A DNA stretch of 64,000 nucleotides, taken from Balanoglossus misakiensis. Its lineage: Eukaryota > Animalia > Hemichordata. A program made the translations under genes and the position numbers. This document shows, piece by piece, positions 37,089 to 52,457 of this stretch (position 1 is its first letter; every line of letters starts with the position of its first letter). A model generated the notes under the pieces. That model worked only from the letters and a program-made list of their open reading frames with translations. It ran no database searches and had not been told where the DNA came from. The stretch spans positions 9,201,846 to 9,265,845 of the forward strand of contig CM082577.2 of assembly GCA_040954595.2 (NCBI GenBank), written 5' to 3'.

Positions 37089-40000
37089 ATGGCGACGGAA
37101 GTAGTTCGCGTGGAAAGCGTGCTCGAAAGCGTCGAGCAGGCAAAGAAATACAGAAGTATTGAAGTGAAGAAAGACATACCATTAGAAATAGATCCCGGAA
37201 ATCTACTTGCCGTAGACACAAATCCAATAGACGTAAAAAAGTTCAGGTTAGTGCGCTTGTGAATTGCTGTCACTCCCCGTCGACGATGCTCCACATGTTT
37301 CTCATATGCACCCACCGTCCACGTGTTGTGCAGCTGTTCTGGCTCTGCTAACAGGACAGACTTGGCAGGGCTGCTACTGCTGCCCTGTACTGTTGCTTTC
37401 TTGTAAGTTTATGACGTGAACGAACAGCCGACTGTATGGTCGCTAGTACCACCACAAGCTGACGTTCCTTGCAGTGTGTTCTGCTTCTCATAATTGGTAA
37501 TTATATGTGAATACGCCTTCACCACGAAAGTGCAAAGTGACCATTAGTTTGTTTACAATACATGTACGTGAACTGTGTTGAAATGCTCACCCTCCCACTT
37601 TCATTTCAGAGGGGACAAAGATGAATTCCTGATTTCATTAGCACGAGACAACACACAACTCCTTTTCAATGACGTATGGCAGGTAAGTGAATCAGTCTTA
37701 AGTTTTATAATGAAAATGGAAATGACTGAATCATATTGCTAGACCCATAAAGGTTTCACTGGCCACCTCAGGACAAATTATACACATACATTTAAAACTT
37801 AGTATTTTTTTAAGATGAACAAACTCACCAGATTATGTTTAACATTGATGATAGACTTTTGCTTACCTTCACAGCTACCAGTGGAAAGAGTAGACGAAGT
37901 TATAATAGCTAAGGTTTGTATTATTATTATACAGTCAATCAGATCATGTTTTAGTATTCAGCTGTTCAAGTGATATGTTGAAATTTGATTGCTTACCAAA
38001 AGTGACGAGTTAATACTGCTGTATTTCTAGGAAAACAGTGCAGGACTTCGACTAGTGTTTTACAGTGTACATTCACCAGCCCATGCTGAGTGTTGCCTGC
38101 TTCATGAAGTATAGGAAACTGTGGAGAGGTTGATGTGTATATTGAGGCGTGCCATCATTGACATGTGAAATCTACTATACTTAATGCATTTCTACAACAC
38201 TTGAATTGTAATAACTTTTTCATAATTGTTGCTTTGACTGTTTTTATTAAAACAGTTACCCGATCCCAAATACAGAGTTCCCAGAGAAAAACCAGTAAGT
38301 ATTTTCAAGATGCAACTGGTCACCACTACATTGTATTCTGTTCTCGTGCTAGGCTGTCTCAGGACATGTCCGGGATTATTTGTTTTTGTTTATCGTCAAA
38401 ACAACTTGCATCGACATTTCAGACTTGGCTCATCATTTGCGAAATCAGTTACGCTGCCATTTTTTTCTGTTGCAGATCCCCAAAGAGAAGGCACCAACAA
38501 AATGGGAACAATATGCAAAGATGAAAGGCATTCATAACAAGAAAAAGAGCAAAATGGTTTGGAATGAAGAGGAAAAGGTATGTATTAATGTTTTCAAGAC
38601 TATGAGAACAGTTAGAAACTTTATGAAAAGCTGTGACAATGTGCAGCGCCCTGGAAGGCCCATGGTTTCTACTCCAGTCATCCATAGCATAACATTCCTC
38701 ACTATGAATATCTGATATGTCACTTACAATTTTGGTGTTTCTTTTTCTTTTCTTCCAGAAATATGTTCCAAGATGGGGATACAAGAGCGAGAATGACCTT
38801 AAGAAAGATTGGGTGTTGGAAGTTCCCAATAATGCAGGTTGGTGGATAATCTGTTCCCTGAGTGACATGATCAGAATAGACATTGGGAAATGGCTCTATT
38901 GCACTTTACTGCAGTATTTTTATATCATCATGCTTTAATTTTGCAAGTTTTGCAAAATTCATCCACAGTCATATGACAGTCTTCCAGGTGTGACAGGACT
39001 CTTACTGTTTGTGGATTTTCTTTTCATCCAGATCCATATGAAGACATGTTCACCAAGAAAAAACAAGACAAGAAAGAGAGAGTTGCTAAGAACGAATTGC
39101 AAAGGTTGAGAAACATTGCAAGGTCGCAGTACAAAAAAGGTAGGTTAGGTACTGTGGAGTGTGTTGTCGTCAATAACGCCTAGGGTTGGCTAAGATTCAA
39201 TGCTGGGAAAGACACAAAATGTTTCAGAAATTACATCATGTCATGTGCTGTACAAAAACCATTCTGCACAATTAGGTTTTGTGTAAAAAAGTTAAAAAAT
39301 AAATTTTTCACAAGTTTAGTTGTAGATAGTAGACACAACGAATTTCATGATTTTCTGGTTATGTGTTAAGACTCTTGATCTTGACTTATCTCCGTGGTTA
39401 CCTTCTGTCTGGCAGTTCCTGGTGTCGGGCTGACACCGACAGAGAAGCCGGCCAAAGACGACCTGGCCAAGGCGGCGTACATAGCGAAACACTCGACGGC
39501 GTCAATAGGGGTATTTGAAAAGAAACTGGTGAGTCTTGAATTAAAAAGGTGATAGTTTACATCGAGTCACACGTTAGGACCTGCTCCATCTGTTATAAAT
39601 TATAAGGGTTTTACAGATTGGCACAAAATTGCCTTCATCTGGCTTTATAAACTAGTCTCTGTGTTGCATTGCATTGAATGAGAACTTCATTTGTGTTTTC
39701 TGTTACAGCCAAAAGAAAAGATGCCCAAGAATTTAGGAAAGAGGAGAAAGGTAAGATCTTTGATAAGCAACTGAAGTGAAAATATAGCTGAGTTAAATTT
39801 GTATGCGGTATTCATGTGATATGATGTTCCAGATTTCATTAGTATTGACCGTTTTTATCATCTGTACGTAAACATGTCCTGGCACTTTGTCGAAGACATT
39901 CTAACTGTCTACCATTTCATTTCCGTTCTCAGTTTGAAGCTAACTTTGGAAGTATGAAACTGGAAAAAGATAAGCAGATGGATATTTTGGATAGTATTAC

Positions 40001-40476
40001 GAGGAAGAAACCGAGGCTTGATGTTCAACAGGTAAGTTTGTATATTTGCATGTACATTTAGCTTTTATTGAGCTCACTTGCAGTTGTTTGTGCATATCCG
40101 TGTGAAGCTGCTTATTTTCTGTACCTGAAAAAGGCATTGGTAAATGTAGTGAACAACATGAGCACATTTTTTGTGCACGATTGTTCCACTGGTGGCGCTC
40201 TGCATTCCCATTCCTTGTATGCAGCTTCTGTATGCCAGCTTACTACAGTGGAAAAGTTCAAGTACTTGGTAATCTGTTCTCTGGAATGTCATGGGTTTAT
40301 ATTTTTCCCTCCCTCAGGCTGTAAATCAACACATCCATGCGGAGGAAGTTTCGTCCACGGCCAACAAGAAACAGAACAAGAAACCCAAGAAACACAAAGG
40401 ACAGAACAAAGCCTTGCCTAAACTAATCAAGAAAAACAAAAAAGTGAAAATTAAGGGCAAGAAGAACAGGAGATAG
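37089..40476 (+). CDS. RRS1: Ribosome biogenesis regulatory protein RRS1, 11 coding exons
   Basis: Exons 37089-37246, 37610-37682, 37875-37913, 38256-38294, 38476-38577, 38759-38837, 39032-39139, 39416-39528, 39709-39750, 39933-40031, 40318-40476. Motifs DPGNLLAVD.NP, ARDNTQLLFN, PREKPIPK...TKWEQYAK.KGI, PRWGY, ERVAKNELQRLRN and STASIG.F, with a Lys-rich tail. Confidence 0.94.
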
Positions 40477-41440
40477 TCGCCAATTTGAAATAAACGGAAA
40501 TGACTCTTGTGCCATCATTTACCTAATCCTGTGAGAAATCTCGCCTCCATAATGAATGGCTTCAAAAATTTCAAATACGTGAGAGCAATATATGCTGCAG
40601 ATTCAAGACCTTTCTCCCTGAAACTCTGGGTTTTCTCGAATCCCACCCATCATGGAGCTGGTTCTCTGCCCAGGATTGTGGGCTAATGCACCAGTGATCA
40701 CTGAACTGCAGTTACCTGGTACAGATGAAGAATGCAAGGTTTACCAAAAGAACCACATACATTGTCATCTTACAGTTCCCTGAAAATTACGGAATTATGG
40801 ACAAGATACCATCTTGCCACGATGTATATGGAATAAAAAATAAAGATTTCACAGTATCAAATTTGTATTGTCACTGATAATTTATGTACCGTTGAAAGTG
40901 GTGACTGAACAGGGCATGGCTTGTCAAATCACGAGAGTCCCGCCAGCAGTCTACTGCAGTCGAGATGAAATGCCGAAGAGACAAAGATCACATTTTGAAA
41001 GTCTTTTTATTTTCAATACATGTATATCAATATAAGCTGTATGTGTATGAGAGTCTACATCTTCTATGATTAACTGTATGTACAAGTCTTGGCTATAGAT
41101 GGCTCTCTCAACAGCCGACATGTTCAAAACAAATCTTTTGATTAAAATAACTTAAAAGACAGTACAAATACTTCAAAATAAATTAAAAACAGCCTCAGTT
41201 TCGGGCAGGAAGTACAGCTCTGCTGTAGCAAATTTCACATTCATGAATATATTAATATTTTGCAGCACTCGGTGACATACAAATTACAGATATCACTTGA
41301 ATTCGGATTGCACTTGGCCACTTTTGTAAGACCACAAAAAATATCCATAAACAATTTTGTAAGTTCAAAGACAAAGGGTAAGTGGCTGGCATCAAGATTT
41401 ATTGCCTTTACCAGCCTCTCCTTATCATGTGCATTGTCTT

Positions 41441-44400
41441 CTAAAGATGGACGGATGTCCTCTCCTGAAACAAAGAAAACAGAGATAAGACGGTAATCAT
41501 GATGAAAGTGTTTGAAACTGGCACCTTGCATTGTAATCTCGAAAACTGCAAATCCTTTCAAAAGTGATGCGTTTTATTTCAGATGCATACTCTGTATATT
41601 GTGCCAAAAGCTCACCTCAAGTTCTGGGAATAACTCCAAAAGGACAATATCTAGGAGGACATAGGACAACTGTAAATGAGAGAAAAAAACAGTCATACAA
41701 CAGTAAATATCTATAGATAACCATTTTTAACCCATTTGCACCCTGAATCATTGTAAGTGTCTTCTCAGCTGTGTTCCAAACGAGATGGTAATACATACAC
41801 ATTTATGCTGTTGCACAAAACACATCATCCAATTGTCTTTTTCCCTTCAACTCTCGGTAATATCATATAACCGGTATTTCTCAAGGGGCATTAAGAAATA
41901 TTAGATGTGACACTTACTTGTTTATTTAACCTTGGACACTGCAGGAGGTCAAAGAGGAGTTTCGTACCAGAATAGAACTTGTCGTCCCCGACAGCTATGG
42001 CAAAAATTTCTGAAATAAAGACACAAATAAAATGAATGTTTTTTTCTGTGAACTTGATATGATTATACCCACAAAATACATCTGGCATAGATCTTGTGGT
42101 TGTAAGTCAAAGTCACATGCATTATGGGCAGACAAAACAGCATCGGATAAGGCTTACTTGGTATAAATTTCTTCATCTCTTCAAATGTCTCGTCTCTTCT
42201 TTCCCTCTTCTGTTCATCTGTTCTCGGCGGCTCGTCGTCGAAAAACAAAGCATCTGTAAACAAACAAAGTGTCACTGGCACTAACTTGACAATTCAAGCT
42301 TCACGGGGGATACTGAATCCCACAAATGGAAGATGAAAAGCAAATGTAGACATGTCATACTTCATGCCTGCCTCCATTGTTCTTTGGTCCTGTGTTGTGC
42401 AAAGAACTGCCTTCTTTTTCAGTCTACTTCTGAACTTTGTCCTCTACCTTTGCAGCTGCCGTTCTTTCATTTTCCCCCAAATCACATCCACACATCCACA
42501 CATCATGAACTCACCTTTTAAGAGGTTTATTATGAACTCTAACTTCTCTTCGTGTAAGACTTGATCAATTTTACCTCCAATGTAACTGAAACCGAGAAAA
42601 AATGTGCACAATCAGCTTGCCACATTATATTTTTTATTCAAATGTGCTCACTAAACATCACACACACACTTTATCAATCGATCAATCGCATATAAGACCG
42701 CCACAGCCGGTAAAGGGAAAATGTAAACAAAATGCAACACTTACTAATCTGCGAAGTTTTCTATGGTGCTTTTACCCAGAATTCTAACAGTGACGAACAA
42801 ATTGTGCAACCAGGCAGGAATGTCGTATGCTAACCGAGCTGGGAAAAGAGAAAAAAATGTAAGCCATACCTGTACTACTGAATTCAAAAGAGAAAGCAAA
42901 ATATTGCCAGGGGCTTCTTCACAACAAAGAGGGGTAGACTGGCCAGGAATATTATCTTTATCAGATTTTACAATCATTTTTTTCTTTCAGCAATTCAGAA
43001 GTACTTCAGCTCTCTGGTTGGTACTTCACACACATCTAAAGAATTGAACCCTGCCAATGTACTTACCAATGTGTATCAGATAGTCATAAATGCCTTCTAT
43101 GTGTACAACATTAACATCTTGTACTTCTCGCGTGTACTGAATATCGTTGTCGTCAGTGGAGTAACCTGCATTGTCCACAAACAGGGCATTGTATCGCTGG
43201 AACAGAAACAAAGAGAGTTATTGTATTAAACTGATGTTAACATATGACAATGCCATTGCAATGCAATGTGAATATAACCTGAAACATTTGACACCTGGAG
43301 AGATACCCTGTGTTCTACAGTCACAGTTGTTAATGTCCCCTTACCCTTTCAAGCAGCGTTGGGTATTTCTTTGTTTTGTTCTCTGCTCCTTCCCTGTAGA
43401 ACAAGTAAACAACATGAAGATGAGAAAAGTTGGAAAAAGTACGGAACATAAATTGGGAATTTGGGATTGATGACAGATACGTAACACACAAGGGAGTTAC
43501 ATGACAATTTATACCTTCAGACACAGGTCACGTCGGATTAAAACCCTGTGTTTCTAAAACTGTAGCACATGCAGATGCCAAGTGCAACTAGAATTTTGAA
43601 GTGGTGATAACCAAGACTCATGTACAGCAGTAATTACCTGGGTTTTGGTTTTGGTGCTTCTGTAGACGTCACAAATGACTGCAAGAATGGCTCCAAGTAC
43701 TGGCCTCTCTGTAATAGTATGCATGTTACAGATCAGTAACATTAAGGGCTAAAATTGGACTATGATAACATAATGTACCGGTATATGTACTATGGGTATG
43801 TACAGGTATATGTGTATCATGACTAAAAACTGGTATCAAATTCAAAGAGCAAAATCTCGAGCTCACCAATAGAACGAGGAATATCCCATCATGCACTCAA
43901 CATAAAATACACAAAACCGAAAATGATATACAGTACCTCCTTCAATATCCTATTAGGAACAGATTTCAACATCTTGCCTGCAATGAATCAATGCAGGAAA
44001 ACATTGCTTAACCTGATCTAGCAAACAACTATGAATTTTAATCGGCTACATCCTTCAATTATGTGGCACTCCCACACCCTGAATAAATATAGAATGGCAT
44101 GAAACGTACAGAGAAATTCACCGAACATTTCAGTGACGGTCGCTTACCAAAGTTGACATCAGGGAGGAGTTTGGCAACAAATTCATCTTTCGTTGTCAGA
44201 AAGTTATACAGCAGTTCACTTCCTCTGAGGACAGGTTTGGTCAGAAGTGTCTGTTGAGAAGACAAAGTGATAACGATAGGCCTATCTCTCATCGGCTAGC
44301 CTCTACACTGTACATACGCTAACACAGACAACGATATACAGTGTGATTTGAATATTTTTTAACCCCTTTCATCACCATGATCATATTCAGTCCAAACCCA

Positions 44401-47400
44401 TTGTTTTCTATGATAACGTTGGACCTCTAATGGGGTGACAGAGATAAAGCCATGATCTTTCAAGCACTGTCAAATCTTGATTTACTGTTACAGTGTATAC
44501 GCACCTGCAACCACTTTTCTAAAAGTGGTATCCTGGCTTCGAGAAACTCCCGGGTTTTCGTGGTGAAAGCCCGCTTGGAAGGCAGGGCACAGTCCTCAAA
44601 CACACCTACAATATGATCAATAATGAAAAATTAACAAAAAAAGATTTGGCATGACCCAAAAGATACTTAAAACACATGTCAGACACACACAAATTGTTGT
44701 CACAGACATACAGCCAATCAGCTTGGTCCGCCAGTTGAAAATGCAGCATGTGTACTCACCATGGAATTCTGTCAGTTTACTCTCCAGCACGTAGAACTCA
44801 GGGTATCTCCTGAACGAAACAAATGCAACGAAAAAGGAATTGAATTTTATGTCAAAATGACATGAAGGCTACCTACTACACAACATCTTGGTTCCAAAGC
44901 AACTACTCAAAATGAACTCAAGTGAATAGTGCAACGACTGACCACCTCTTTGTTTAAAAACTGGAGCACACTCTTTTCAAGCCCTGGCTTGTCATCATCG
45001 TCACAGTCACACACAGAGACAGACACCAAAGCCACTCACCTCTCCACTTCCCAGGACGTTCTGTCCTCGCCCGCCGACCGGATGTCCAGCCTGTCCACGT
45101 GGATCACGTACACAAAGTACCGGGTGTTGCCTTCTTGCCGGAGTCCGTACCGGGGGATGCTGACACGCCAGGCACTCAGGTCTCTCACCTGGCTGTCCAG
45201 TGGCATGATTCCGTCCATCGCGGCGCCCATACCGTCTCCTGGTGAAGTCTTGAGAAACGAGAGGAAACGATACAATGTAAGTGTGTAATTTGTGTAGACG
45301 AAATCAGCTACTATGACAATACTGCAAACGCAACAGGAGTAGATGGAAACCGTACATAGCATTATACAGTGTCGACACACCAGTGTATGGACATACTTGC
45401 TTTGAAGGAACTGTGGTAGAATCATGGACATATTTAGAGCATGCATAACCTTTAATACAAAGTATATTTTTTGATGAAATCAAAGTTAGAATTTGTCTTG
45501 AGTCTGAGATGGGTTCTGTTTGCAGTGAGGATGGTGTCACCATGGTTACCTGATCCATGTCAGCTTCCAACTCTTCCTCTGCGTCCATCATAAGTCTTTC
45601 TTCAGCTGAAAATGATAAACATTAAAAACTCAGATCTCACAAATGGTTTTGTCCAAAATTGGCTACACAACACTGCACAGGAGATACAATAGCTTTGCAT
45701 CTTTCAAGTGACAAACAAAGTTTTCTACACTGCTAATTAATGTCACAGGAGTGAGATTTCAGAATTAAACCAAAACTGATTTCCCTAATTACCTGCATTG
45801 CTTCTGAATACACCTTTGATTCTGTTGCCAAGTTTGGACACTGCTGACATTGGTTCGTTCGCCTTCCTACCTCTGTTGAAAGAGAAAAGTGAACTACATC
45901 AAAATCACATTCACACAAACCACTACACTTATAATTAAACAAGAATATACACCAATTTTTCTCACACTTCTATCGATTTTGTGATTTCCATCTGAAGCCA
46001 CGGTTGGACAAAGATTTTTCTTTTGTATTTGTTGTGTGTTGTAGTTCTAGCACGCTGACAAATCAGTAACACTTCTTGTAGGATTGCTCCACATTCCCAA
46101 CAGAGTAAAGTTTTAAACCACTTTGCTCACTTAGAGGGACTGTGGTAATACAAAATACAGTGCTCTTTTTGCAAAGCAATGTTGTGACTCATCCATCATA
46201 TTTCATTTACAGGAATGCCACAATGTAGAGCACTCTATCCCTTTCATCCCCATTTCCCTGTAAGTGGGTTCACCCATGACACTGAAATCAACTGGGTTGA
46301 ACTAATTTTATGGTGATGTTCAGCTGGTCTACACCACTGATTGTGAGGCAGTGATTTACCACACCCAATGGTGGGAATTGATATACATATAGGAAATGTG
46401 TCGGTGCATTAAAACAAGAATGTGATTTGACCTTTTGACCCTATAATTGACTCCCTCCAGATGATGTGCTGAAGTTGTGTCATTTTAATACAACTATGCC
46501 TTGTGAACGACCCCGTGAGTTTCTACCGGTACATGCAACACTTGACAGTGTTGGTAGCATACAATGTAGCATGTCAGTGCTTTGAGACAATTACGAACAT
46601 TTGAACTGATCAACGATACAGATACGATATTGCACACCACAGACAATACAACACAATACACACGAACCAAGACTCACGCAATGATCACCTGCACACATGG
46701 TACATTTACAAATAGGGTGTGTCAGTCTGTTATGGTGTCACCATCACAGCTAGAGGCATAGGGTGCACTTTTAATACATCAGCCGGCCAAGCGACCAAGC
46801 TGTGTTATGATCAAAGGTTCGACATCAGCGAAATGTACCGGTATAGGGGTACATGTATAAAGACGCCACACTAATTCCTGTGCGCTTAAATATAGAGAGG
46901 TTCAGTGGTAGGTAGAATTCTGATTGACTCAGTGTTCCCGGCTTTGAGAGAGACTTCGGTGCTGGTACTGTAAAGTTCCTATTTGCACTGGTTTGTAACT
47001 TAGAGAGGGATGATTATATTACACAAAAGGAAATAATAAGTACCGTAGAGACGCAAGCATTTATCAATGGAGCACCACAGAGAGATGACAATTATTATAA
47101 CACACAAGACACAAAATCTTTATTGAAACTGCAGTTTACTAACCGTTGCTGCGTTTGTTGTGAGGGAGGATCTGGTTGTGGTAGGGTCGGAGTCGTAGGC
47201 GGTGTCGGCGATGTTGGCGAAAGATCGCTGACAGGGCTTTTCAAACATTAACGTTAACGGCAGTCAAGAAAATTTTGCTAGTTAGTACCGGTTATGCCCA
47301 ACCAAAAATAAAAATTGTATAACTACCAGCAGCCATATCAAGTCTCGTATATGATCAAATAATGTGTTTATACTACTATGCTATAAATGTCACAGAACTT

Positions 47401-50400
47401 TGCATGCACCTTCATGAACAGATTAATTGCTACATGCAGCAAACTTGTCAAAAAATGAATACAGACAGCTCCAAACAACAGTGAGTCTGTGTGATAATTT
47501 AGCCATTTTGACCTGAATTTGTAATTTGCAATTCAATGAGAAAAAGCGTGAGGCGAACTATGCCATTCCAACAGCCAATATAATCCATGCAAATTAAACA
47601 TTAAAATTACCGAAAAAATGTTCATGTTTGAGGTATACAGAAAACACACTGGACACAAAGTCAATGTACGGTACATACCAAACATATATACAGTATACAC
47701 ACAAGGACACACACACACAATAGCTCATGCACACGTAAAACTCCAGAAAAGTTATACTAAACTGACGAAAACTCCACTGACAATCCATAAAACACACCCC
47801 AACTTTCACTAACAACTGAATAAATGGACCGCCAAGATTACCACGGCAACATATGTTACCATGGCAACATAATGCAACACACAAAATATTGTTCAAATGG
47901 CCACGTCTTGAAGACAGTCTTCAGTCAATCACTGAAAACAAGCTATTTTTCTCTCTGGCAGAAATATTTCACATTCTCCTGCTGTGTGATATAATAATAC
48001 AGAAATTTAATTACCTAAGTGGCCTCTGGCAAGCATTCCGTTTCCCGCATATCATACTGAAATACTGGAATGGAAATCAAAACAAAGAATTATTTCATAT
48101 GATAGTTACATCATATTTCACCAATCTGCCACTTTCTGGTACAAATCCATCATTTTGAATAGTGCTGATGGACCAGTATACATGTACTTAGAAATTGGGG
48201 TGAACAGGTATATTAACCAGACTTTAATTACCCGGGCCAGAAATAGAAACCCGAATTTCATGTGCATTGCAAGACAAAGCCCAATTTGTTGGAGATGGGG
48301 ATATCATTGACCAGTTATGACCTTTTCTGGTAAGTATTAACACTGATTACTCACTGCATCACTCTGGTGGAACAGTGGACAGAATGTGTTCTCCAGTAAG
48401 TTGTATGAATATTCATATGCTCTGAAAGTCAAACAACAAACAATTTGTTTATTGCACAGTTAAGATCTCTGATCACCATTTTTTATCAGCGTACACTCTA
48501 ACCGCAACATTTGTTATTACGAATGTGCAGCTGTCTTAAAGTTGTCGTGATTTTGTGATATATATTTTATACAATGTAGATGACATTTCCGTCTTACCTG
48601 AATAATGAATCTGATGTTCTGAGTCTTGTCACACCGTAATAGGGCCCCTCAGCAACTGTAAGATTTGTACAGAGTGAACAAATTTACAAATGGCCAAATA
48701 TCAAATATCCGTACTGTACAGAAAAAGTCGTGACACAGGATAGGGTAACTTGGAATCAGAAATCATGCTTACTTTTACAAGGTCAATATAAAAGACACAC
48801 TGGGTCACTGCAGTTAACCAAACTGGAAAAATGCTAGGTCATTTGATGAAAATGCTGACTCTTTCAACTCACTTGACTTGACTTCGGCGATGATGTCATC
48901 GTCAAACTGTATCTTGTCGACGGCGTCTGGTGCAAAGTAGAGTCTATACAGTTCCTGTGCCTCCACATGGAGCTTCTTGACGTCCTTGTCGGGGAGGTCC
49001 GGTACCAGACTGCGTTGGTTGAAATCCTCTGGGAGGAGAGGGAGGGAGGGAGGGTGAGGGAGAGAGATAGAAGAAATCAGCACATAAATGTACATGTGGA
49101 AAAGATACAGCACTCTAACACCACTCCTGTGAATATTTTGATGAGTTCTGAATACATTGTATGAATTTATCAATTTAGCATTTTCAATACTGTGAAGGAC
49201 TGTTGAAATGCTTTTTCCTCACCAACTGACAGACAGAACTGCAGCACATTGAGAGAGCCCTCCGTCTTCATGAACTCCATGAAATGGTAGAGTATCATCT
49301 TGTCGTTCAGCATGTCTGTCAGCTCCAGATTCAGTGCCTGGCAGGGTGGTAAAATAGATCTGCTATTAGAGTTCTGGAAACAATTGGGGCAAAGTCTGGC
49401 CTGTATAATTTGCTTCACCATGCCAAACGCTGGTACGTGGTAGTGACTGTACCTTTTTTTCAAAAAGAACATACAATTTCCTTGAGATCAGAAAAGGTAT
49501 AGATTCTGCTTGATATGATTCAGTACTTACCGAAGACCTGGGTTTATTGCAATGTTCATAGAAGTGCTCCAGAAGGCAGACTTTGGGAGACAGAATGCCA
49601 GTGGGCTTACTCATCTGCAGAAAACAATAAAAGACATTAATACATATCATTTTGCCAGCTTGAAAAAGCATTATTTTTATACGTTTTTCCTTTCACAAGT
49701 TTATTTTGTTTTTACAGCTTTCCTGTGCAAACTATCCGGCATCTCTGAAAGATTTCTGAAAAATTCCAGCGGCAAGAAGAGATGGAGGGTGGATACTCAC
49801 AGGTTCCTCGTCAAAGAAGATCAGGAGTAATTTGTTGACCATGTCCTAGAAACAAGAAAGAAGGTGAGAATTAATTAACACAATTAAACTTCTGGTGTCA
49901 GGAAAACACTGAGACCTTTCTCCAGCCATCTTTGAATACATGTACCAGTACCTATGTGTGTTCATTGAGGCAACTTACAATACGGTCATTTCAAAATCTA
50001 TAGGTGAAGTATAGTTTACAGGGAACTTACTGGGTCAGCTATAACGTCCAATCCTTGCAGCAAGACAGATCCTGTCAGAACTTCACGAACTAGTGCACTG
50101 ATACTCCTAAGTAAATACAGAGAATAATGACAGGGTCACAATAGAATGCTGTGCTAGATTTGCTGGACTTGTCTATACTGGTACGTTAAAATGTGTGTTA
50201 CGAAGTACGTAAGGTACCGCAACCACTGAACTAACCAGCCCTTCCCATGTATGTATGAAGTATGCATTATAGAGCAAAATAAAATAATTATACTAAACCC
50301 CAGACTTACTTGCATTCCAGTGCCTGTCTTGGGAAGATTTGCGGCATCAATGCCTCGGTTAGTTTTCTCAGATACTGGACCTCTGAACTCCTGCTTGACA

Positions 50401-52419
50401 TTGCGCAGTGTAAATGGGGGCCGAGGTGATCCAGAGTGGCCTGCTGGATATCCTCACCAGACTGGGCTGTGGTGTTCAGAAGATTATTGATCAGAAATTT
50501 GACTATTCAAAGACAACACTGTTATTAACCTTCTGGTAAAAAAACATAAAAAAAAACATATTTTTTTCTTCTAAAAAGCACACATTAGTTAGGTTTGTAA
50601 CAAATTGTAACTTACCTTCTTTTTTTGCTTTGACGTAACATTCAAAATGGGAGAGACCTGCCTTGAAGATTTTATCAGTCAACAGAGTTGGAATATCAAC
50701 CTGAAATTTGATGGAATAACAAGAGTGGAATGTGTTGGTGTGCAGTATAAGCAAAGGAAAATCTCTGATACAATTGGAATCAACTTCATGCTGAACATAC
50801 AGGACCATTGTATCATTATGGAAGGAAAAAGAATAACGATGACAATAATGTCAATGGAAAGTAATATTTGCCATGTATGCAATAATGTACATGTACCGTA
50901 TACAACAACATTGTGTATGCTACATCATGTATTTATGTTTGAGCTCCACATAGATGTTAAATAAATTCTGTTTTGTGTAAAAAAAACATTTGTTTTTGTA
51001 GACATCTGTATATTATGTGCTTGAATAATGACATATCTTCAACCGTGTTTCATCTTTGGCTTTTACAAGGAAGAAAGAGGTGTGAAAACATAGAGACTGA
51101 CCTTCTTTGCTCTTTTGAGAAGTACAGCCAGGGCAAATCTAAGACTGTGTCTCAAAGTGGTAACAAACTGTTCATCGGCACTTAAGTCACTACAAAAAAA
51201 GGGGAAAAAATGAAAAGTGATGCGATATTGGACAGGCAGCAATTCCAGGCATGCATCTTGCTTTGGGAGAATCAATGTGCTTACCTGTACCATATATACA
51301 CGAAGTCACGAAGCACCAGTTCTAAAATCTGACAAAACCAAACAGAAAAAAAGAGGACACAATTAAAACTGCTTCACGAAACTGGTTTGTGTATGTGTCA
51401 TTTAAGGTCACAAAAACAAAACATAAAAGGAACTATGCAACGGCATTGAATGACTTTGCATTTTGCATTATCACCCATCGGATTGAAGAAAATGACAGAA
51501 ATTTTGCATTTTCTTTGAGATTCCAGTCATCATGACTTTCACTTTTTACATTCAAAGACATACCTCCTCTATGGCAGTATCAACTCTCTGTGGTATGTAA
51601 AGATTAGCCCATGGCTGCATAGTAGTAATTGTCAATTCTGGTCTGTGAAAGAAAAGTTTAAATTATCGCATATGAACATGATCTGCATAACTTAACTACA
51701 CTTGTGTCCACTTCCTCAGGAACACACGTGTTTAGTTACAGGCAAATAAATATATACAATACTCTCAACATGTGATATGTCAAGTTAAAACTGAACTCAA
51801 AAACATGCTTAAATTGTCTTTTCTGCCATAAATGTCATTTTGACATAGTTAAATGCTTTATCGTTTGATTTAGTGAGAAAAAGAATGTGCAAGGAAAAAT
51901 GAAGGACATTTTGAGGTCCACGTGGGCTTCTAACAATGGGTGTGTGTGTAGAGAGATCTGGTGGAATATTTGCTGGCGAGGTATTTTTACCTGTGCCTGT
52001 TACACCTCTCATCTCCACAGATTGAACACACTCTGATGATCTGTACAGGAGTCTCACACTCATCCGTTGGTTTCTGTCAAGAGACAATATTATCACGTCA
52101 ATGGCCGTAATCACTTGGAACTTCATTACAAAAGTGGTCAGACTCAGCTGATGTACAATGACTGACATCCAAAAAGGCTGTATGTCCACCTATATATGTG
52201 TGTGGGGGGGGGGGGGGTTTCTCTACAGTGTGTCATCAGATGAGATGGAAAAGTGACTAATGACAAGTTATCAATATTAGCACTTACCACATGTCTCCTG
52301 GAAAACATAGGCAGCAGATTTGGCAACAGTTTGTTGTTACTCAGGATGAGGTAAGTGGATACTACCCCAGCAACAAAGGACCATCCTATCAATAGTATGT
52401 GCATATAGCTGTAGGAATA

Positions 52420-52457
<38 letters not shown>

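Noticed and set aside
42340-42510. Purine-rich (minus-strand) stretch in an SNX14 intron considered as a mutually exclusive exon
   Set aside because: No acceptor site, and stops interrupt the plausible frames.
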